DNA from: Octopus vulgaris
Lineage: Eukaryota
DNA: 64,000 bases
Reading direction: 5' to 3'
NCBI GenBank assembly: GCA_951406725.2
Contig: OX597816.1
Coordinates: forward strand, 41,912,001-41,976,000
The notes beneath the pieces were generated by a model. That model saw only the letters and a list, made by a program, of their open reading frames with translations. It made no database searches and was not told the DNA's origin. This document shows positions 56,109-64,000 of the stretch, one piece after another (positions within the stretch are counted from its first letter, which is position 1; every line of letters starts with the position of its first letter). The translations under genes were made by a program, and so were the position numbers.

Positions 56109-56330
56109 CCATTTCTGACTTCTTTCAGCAGTCTGATAAGGGGGCAGATCCTGCTGCGTCATATATGGCCTTTCAGTAGCAACACTAATCAAATTTTGGC
56201 CACGGTCGTCTTCAACAGTTTCACATACTCGTTTGAACTGAGAATAAAGCCCTGTTCAAAGAAGTGGAGCGGCCTGATATCACCCTCAGTGAAGACACAC
56301 CAAAGTCCCTCGCAATTTCTGGCAATATGG
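55937..56330. mobile_element. Two inverted maT-like transposase fragments
   Basis: FEQGFIL..NEYVKLL.T..I....VATER....DSAP on + (55940-56072) and on - (56140-56262). Confidence 0.7.
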
Positions 56331-57888
56331 TTGCCATGATAAGAGGGAAACATTTTACAGTCTGTACAGTGTTCACATAGCACTGGGCAGTAGTCAACAT
56401 GTCAGCGTCTGACACACTGCTCTAATCATCATCTTACAGGTAAAACTATTTTACTATTCAAATGGCCGTCATTTCTCAGTGTCTCCTAAAGATTTTTCTC
56501 AATTTCAACTTCAATATTCATGCTTTACAATGGCATTGATTGTTTCCCAATACATCAAGCTTTTCATTAAAAAATTAAGACATTAAAATTGTCAGATTTA
56601 TCTCGAACCCCTAGTACTATAGATGTGTTTGACGTAAAGAAAAAAAGCTAGAAAATATTCACAAATAAACAAAAGGAATCGATTGGATCACTTCTTGGAT
56701 AATTTCTCTACCTATTTTCTGCTTCAATAGGGGTCTTGTTGTTTCGTAGATAACTGGTTATCCACGTTGCCTGTGTGTATATATGCATTGATGTATCTAT
56801 TTCCAAGAGCGTGATCACTTTCAATACATTTCGTGTCATCCAAAATGGAACATAGACAAACATACTGTGACATAGATAGACAGATAGATAAATAGAGAGG
56901 GAGGGAGAGGGAGGGAGAGGGAGGGAGAGGGAGGGAGAGAGAAATAGAAACAGATAGACAGAGACATACATACATACAGAAAGCTAGAGAAAGGCACATA
57001 GAGAGAGGCAGAGAGAGAGAGAGAGAGGGGGGAGAGAGAGATACAGACAGACAAAGGTATATTATACATTCTCTTTTAAATTCTTGACTGAATTGTTAAA
57101 ATGTAGTGTGTGTGTTAATTTGGAGTATCTGCCACTAATTAATTCCAAAGGACACAGTAGAGTCTACTGTTCTTGGTCCATTAGGAGCAATAACAATTAC
57201 ATTAAGAAATTACTATTGATTTGCAACATCGATATATAGGTGTCCAATTAGACAGCTTGAAGCAGATGTGTCGTTTACATACATTGTCCCTCTGGAGAAA
57301 TCTTTTCTCTGGTAGGATAAACAGCAGCCAAAAGCCTTATTCCAATTCGTTTGTGCAGGAACGTTTTGAGAATAAAGGTATGCATGTATGTATGTGTGTA
57401 TATATGATTGTATGCATGTATGTATGTATCTATCTATCTATTATGTATTTATGTATGTATATGTCTGTTTCTTTATCTGTCAATCTCTATGTCTGTTTAT
57501 CTGTCTATCTATCTGTCTATCTCTCGATCTGTCGATCTCTCTATCTGTCAATCTTTCCATCTGTCTAGATACAGAGATTGACAGATGTTTGTAGATTTCT
57601 CGTTGTTCCGAAAGCAATACGCAAGAACAAACAACATATATGCAAGACAGTACAAATAGTTGCAATGTTTAATTTAAACAGAATAGCTGGGCCAAGAGGT
57701 AATTTCTTGGTGTATGTTCATAATGTGCACTGCAAGATGTTTTCACGGGGGGGAGCTTTGGTCATATAATTATTACTTTAGGTAATTTGTAACTGATAAT
57801 GAAATCTTTAATTATGATATATTGGTTGTATTGTATTGTGAAAATGTTTGTTTGTTTGTTTGTATGCAAAATCCTATCAATAGCTCCG

Positions 57889-57950
<62 letters not shown>

Positions 57951-57974
57951 CACTTAGAAATGGATGTGTGCGTT

Positions 57975-58360
57975 CCGTCATATAATAACAAATTAATAAA
58001 TTAAACATATGCATATGTACGTACCTACATCTACATGTATATCTACATGCATATATGGGTACAGGACACCAAAGAAACATCGAACACAATGAGGAACCAA
58101 AACATAAGCACAAAACCAAGGAAATGGACATTTTTCTTAAACAACGAAAAATAGAGTACAGGACATACAACACAAGGAATATTCCCCTTCTTCAGTCGCC
58201 TCTGTTTCATCTACTCCGCGTTTCGAAGGTCAAGGCGCGACGCGACTTATTTGAAACATTCCTTCCCACAAAAAGCAAATTAAATAAGATTTGAGATTTT
58301 TTGCGGAGGGGTAAAAATTGTAACAAAAACAGGACAGTAAAGGCAGCGACAGGGAGAGAA
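57975..58360 (-). mobile_element. Copy of the 32.9-33.8 kb repeat family
   Basis: Shares CCTTCGAAACG..GTAGATGAAAC..GCGACTGAAGAAGGGGA and TTTGGTGTCCTGTAC.CATATATGC. Confidence 0.75.
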
Positions 58361-59436
58361 AGAGAGATACATACACACGCATGCATATATATGTATCTAT
58401 GTATGTATCAATTACTGAGTGTAAAAGATATAGCCATTCAAAAACACACAAAAGCTTCATTTATTGCTTCCAGTCATATTAACTGCGATGAGATCACTAA
58501 TGTACTTCGCCTGCAACTAAAACCAAGGTCGAAGTTACTGCAAAAATAAGGTTTTCTTGTGCCTTTGAATAACTAACTTGCATTTTCCACGCTGTGCCAT
58601 ACTTTAAACAGACGGTCTCAGATGAGAAAATCAAATGAACAAAGAAGTACGCCTCCAAAATATATACACACACATATACATAGAGAGGCAGTGAGCGAGA
58701 GAAGAAATGAGAGAGACACAGACGAAAAGTGTTGAGGTGTCAAATGATTGTAAGCCTCGAACAAAATGCATTGATTTCATTAGTTTTCATATACATTTAG
58801 TTCATATACCTACGATATCGACACCAAGCAATATGAATGAAGTGCTATCCTCAATATAATGGCCTATTTTCCTGCTCGTAACATGTCAATTATTGAATTT
58901 AACACACACCAAGTTTAATAAAATATTACCACCTATCCATTTAAAACCACTGCGAACTAAGCATTGTTAAGTGTGTCCATGTACCGTTTTACCATTCTGG
59001 CAGAACGTCATTTTGTTCGAAGAAAAAACAGTTTTACTGGATATATTTTGTGAATAGTTGTAGCATAAAGTACCTATCATGAATATTTTATTAGAAGCAC
59101 TGAAGTTTCTAATCATATCTGAGAATGTATTTCGTGTAATTTTTCTTAAGTATTATTTGATTTTCACCAAATTTCCAAAAGGTGTGTATACACGCGTAAA
59201 GATATATATTTTTTAACTCAGCCATGATTTACCAGACGATACAATAAGGTGTGGTATTGCTTCAAATAGAATCTAATAATGTTAAGACAATATACGTGCA
59301 GAAAAATGTATAACCCGCCTCCACCCACATATAAACTCACAGATATATGAATACACACACATAGATGTAAATATGCATATTTACCGACGTACATATTCAT
59401 AAATCATTATATGATATATGTGGGCATGCGTGCATG

Positions 59437-59524
<88 letters not shown>

Positions 59525-59967
59525 CATACATATCCATATATGAATACTAGTTTTGATTTGTTTTTGTTTACAGTATATAGAAATTCGATTTTTATTTTTC
59601 TCGACATATTTATGCATAGTTACTGTACAAAATGCCACTGTCTAAATATATAAATATTTTTGAATATCTGTAAGAAAGCACTTGAACATAGATGAATGTG
59701 TGTATCACTTTGAATTTATATACGTAATTGGGTATACGAAGAGGTTGACATTTGCTGGAGAAAAAATATGAAACCATCTTTATTCTTGTTTATCTGACTA
59801 TGTAATCGCATTTCCTTAGTGATAAGAAGAATGTAACTGGTTTTATTGAAAGGAAAATAAATATTGTTTGAACAATATGCGTAATCATATGCATACATAC
59901 ATGCACCATAATATACGCAAATACATATACATACATATATATCTATATATCTATATCTATATATACG

Positions 59968-59998
<31 letters not shown>

Positions 59999-60794
59999 AT
60001 ATAGTGTGTGTTTATGTATATGTATACATACATACATATATATATATATGTGTGTTGGGGGGTGTATAGGTGTGTGTGTTTGTGAAAATATGCGTATGCA
60101 TCTGTCTGTGCGTACATTTTTTACGGCAAAAACAAATTAAATTAAATTTATGTATATACACAAAAGCGTACACATAAGCAACATATAATTATTATGAGAA
60201 TATAAATCTACTCAGTATCTTACACATATTCTTTTTACCACAAATAAAACATATATACGTGTATCTGTCTTTTTTATTGCGTCAGTATGTTTTCATGGTC
60301 TTTATGTTTGTATGTAATTCACCGTGAATAAATGTATTTTAATATAAGTAGATATTAAATATATTTATTCCATAGTATCAGATACGTTTATATCTTTCTA
60401 CCTGAGTACTTTAGAAATATATTCACGTATCCTCATTTAATTAACAAAATTTATCGGGCACCGCTAGCATATTTCTGTGTCTGTTGCGATGTGTATGCAT
60501 AAACATATAGCTTCATACCTAGATATGAGCGCACAAACACATATATCCATGTATATATGTGTGCGTCTGTGTGTGTATATATATGCATATATATATACAC
60601 ACATATATGTATATATATATATATAATGATATACATATAAATACATATATATACACACATTGTTACATGTACGTACATCTTTCTATATATATGTATAAAG
60701 ATACATAAAAATGTATGTATTATATATTTACACACACACCCACAAGCACACATGCATGGGCAGACACACATGGACACACATATATGTATGTATG

Positions 60795-60863
<69 letters not shown>

Positions 60864-60982
60864 GATTTTGCGTCTGCCGGGTAGATTTTGCGTCTGCGCA
60901 GAGATTTGAAAAGTTAAGACCTGCAAGTTGTTTAGATCAACACATGGTCTAACACGCTGCGCATCTCGATTTAACTCCGGAT

Positions 60983-61062
60983 TCTCGCTGATGAAACCGG
61001 CCTTAGCAAACATATTCTGTCTGTTTTGCTAGAAAGAGGTAGAAACTGATATCAGTCCGGGA
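60983..61062 (+). ncRNA. Type I hammerhead ribozyme with extended stem II and palindromic stem III
   Basis: UCUCG-CUGAUGA-AACC...UAGCAAA/UUUGCUA...GGUA-GAAAC-UGAUAUCA-GUC-CGGGA. Confidence 0.8.
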
Positions 61063-61269
61063 TGTATCGTTATTGGTAAATGTTTTTGATTTTCACTCTC
61101 GATAAATTTATCCCTTTTTTGTGTCACTAGCACTTGGCATCCTTATTGAGGAGCCCATAATTATATTTCTACATGAATAATATATTTCTATATGAATAAT
61201 ATTTTGTCTAATGACAAATTCGTCCTTTGTGCTGGGCCACTGGTAGTAATCTATATTATTACCCTTTTG

Positions 61270-61309
<40 letters not shown>

Positions 61310-62620
61310 AAAGAAATGAAACTTCAGTTTCTACGAAATATGAAATGTTTATATATTTGTTTTCAAAATTTTTATATGGACAATAACTTCGTAAACGGTG
61401 CTCAATATTTCTTAATTTGTCATACACATGTGGACATGGTACAGCTTATGAACTAATTTAAAACTGAAATTTAAAACTCGGGAGATAAACAGTTTACGTG
61501 TAATCATTCCGTAACAAAGAATCGACGAGCATCAAAGCATTACTTCATTATGTAAGTATATTAACTAATATATATATACATTGTTTTTGATCACGATATC
61601 ATTTAAAGATTTCTTTAAATAGAAGCTATCAATATCTTTGATAATAGTATCAAAATTTCCTATTCATAACCGCTATGCTTCTTAGAACAGTGTCAAATGA
61701 AATAAATTATCGCCAAGTACTAATGCATTATCAAGCGATGTAACACGTTAGACAGTACTATGTGTGTTTTAAAGATGAGAAATAAATCAACTGTATTTAA
61801 ATGATAGAATATCTTGTCCTAACATCACCATGCGTGTTTTCTTAATATCAGTTTTTGCTTCGCTTATTGGTTTTTCAGAGTTCCAGCACCTTTGAAATGT
61901 TTTTATCATTGATATTTGTATTGCCTCTTCTGAAATGTCATTATACGCCTCTAGGATATTATACATATAGTTTAATGTAGAGAATTTATTTTTAACAAGT
62001 GACTACAAAAATTATCGCTATGCTCGAGAATTAAGCACTGTAATTTGGGTCATGTAATTTGGGTTATTTATATCGACATATTATATGCAGAAACCTAATC
62101 TCCAATTTATTGCTAAATATCACGCAAACAGTATAAATCTTGTTTGTTTTAGACGTACATAATTAGATTGGGAGACAATAGAATAGCGTTTCAAGAACAT
62201 TTTCTGTTGGGATATGACAAATAATCTAACATTATGAATATATGAATTGAACTATAAATTTTATTCTTGGAGAATAATAAATAATAAATTTGACGGGTTT
62301 GTGATTCAGAGGAGAATCATTTGTTTCTTAAGAATCCATGGCAATTTATAAGTACTTATTCTTATTATACTATTTAGTAGTACAGGACTATCTCACTACG
62401 AACTCGTTAAAAATTTATATCAAATTAAATTCATGTTAAATGTCTTATAGCAATTTCTGTTATTTCTTTCAAACCTATGTCAAGCCTAATGTAGTGGATT
62501 CGCAAGAGAAAAGTTTTGGGACGATTACTAATACTATGATCCCTCAAATGTCTTCCATCTTTATGGATTTGAACCAAAGCCTCTATTTTCGTTCACTTTC
62601 TTATCTAGATATCGTCCTCA

Positions 62621-62657
<37 letters not shown>

Positions 62658-63359
62658 ATCATTAGACATTTATCAATAATAATTTCCTTTCATCTTGCCA
62701 CTAGGCCACTACGTGTTTGATGGACACGCGTGTTTGATAGGCGACAGCGTGTTTGATGGGCACCGAACTATATCTCAATTTCAATTCCTTGTGATAGCTT
62801 GAATCGATTTTGGAGTGTAAGACTGCATGGTACACACATGACAGATCTCCACATATGGGCTAATGAGTCATATTGTGTAGTATGTAATATTCCTAGCATT
62901 TCTGGGAATGCAATGCCAACATTCCACTGCTTTGAGTCTATAGGAAATCTTGCATGGGGAAAGGCATGCCCCAGTTTCCAAGACTTAATTGACAGGCCAC
63001 TTGTTCAAACACTTCGTCATCAGTCGTGTACTCCATTGATTACTGATAACTGGCAATTATTCAAGCAAAAGACACGTATCTGCTGGCATCGCACTGTTAT
63101 ACATATGAAATGGCATCCATCCCATAACTTCAGGCACAAGGAAGTTATTTGCAGTGCATGTGAGAAAAGATTTGATATTCTGGTTCCTTATATGGATGTG
63201 CCCATTGCTGAGGTTACATATTACAGAATCCATTGTCTATTTTTAATCAAAAGTAGTCGAACATGGTAGGTCGGGGTTTCTGCTGTTTTTTTCTCTATAT
63301 TTTAGGGCGGAGCTGGATGTATTTTCTTTTTCAAATATTACGAATTATGAGACAATATA

Positions 63360-63925
63360 TTGGGTTGTCCGGAAAGTTCGTGCCGGTTTTTAAAGGAAAG
63401 AAAAAGGTCAATAAATACTTGCCATTACATTTTTAATTAACCAAATATGAACCATTTGGTTGTAAAATGTGTCTCCATCTTTCCTTTAACTTGAACATAC
63501 TCTCTTCCCAGAATTGAGATGGTTTCATGGCAAATGGTTCATCAAGGTATCTTTTTACATCATCCAAGCTATCGAAATTTTTACCATTAAGACTATTCTG
63601 CAGAGAACTGAATAAGTGGAAATCCGAAGGAGCAATATCTGGTGAATGTGGAGGGTGAGGTAACACATCCCAGCCGAGCTGCAGCAATTTTCGTCTGGTT
63701 CCCAAAGCATCAAGTGCCGAAAATGAACTTTCTTATCTTCCATTTTATAGGGTTACGGAATTAACACAGGTTATAGGAACATAAAAGTTCTTTCACTAAA
63801 AGAGAGCTTAAATTGTGCTCTAAATGGAGGTGTAGTCAAACCCTATTTTATGGACTCAACCATGGTCTAAAATAAGTCGAATGGTAAGCTACTATAAATC
63901 GGCGCGAACTTTTGAGACAACCCAA
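63360..63925 (-). mobile_element. Mariner internal-deletion derivative with both TIRs
   Basis: TIRs TTGGGTTGTCCGGAAAGTTCGTGCCG / CGGCGCGAACTTTTGAGACAACCCAA with TA on both sides. N-terminus MEDKKVHFRHLML is joined to C-terminus WDVLPHPPHSPDIAPSDFHLF. Confidence 0.92.
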
Positions 63926-64000
63926 TATATACATACATGAGTATGGTGATGTCAACGACGACGACAATGATGTCGACGATGACGACGACGACAACGAGAA

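Overview
AT-rich eukaryotic DNA dense in (TA)n, (CA)n and (TAA)n microsatellites. The SINE sequences and repeat content look like an octopus or other coleoid cephalopod (inference). I can support no host protein-coding exon, and most ORF-track entries are microsatellite artefacts. The window is mostly mobile-element DNA: one Neptune-type Penelope-like element (PLE) with an uninterrupted RT + GIY-YIG frame (~14.65-17.9 kb), several PLE relics and pseudo-LTRs, CR1-, RTE- and R4/Dong-type LINE fragments, tRNA-derived SINEs, Tc1/mariner relics and a non-autonomous Helitron. At least four sequence families carry hammerhead ribozyme (HHR) motifs. The main result is a ~347-nt tandem repeat with a minimal HHR (retrozyme-like; 39.5-40.1 kb and 52.9-56.1 kb). 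At the second locus two related ORF1-only non-LTR elements (one retains a zinc knuckle) are inserted one after the other at the same 11-bp site (AGCTAGCAAGC) just upstream of the ribozyme. This suggests a retrozyme-targeting, sequence-specific retroelement. All alignments, folds and coordinates were read by eye, so element boundaries are approximate.
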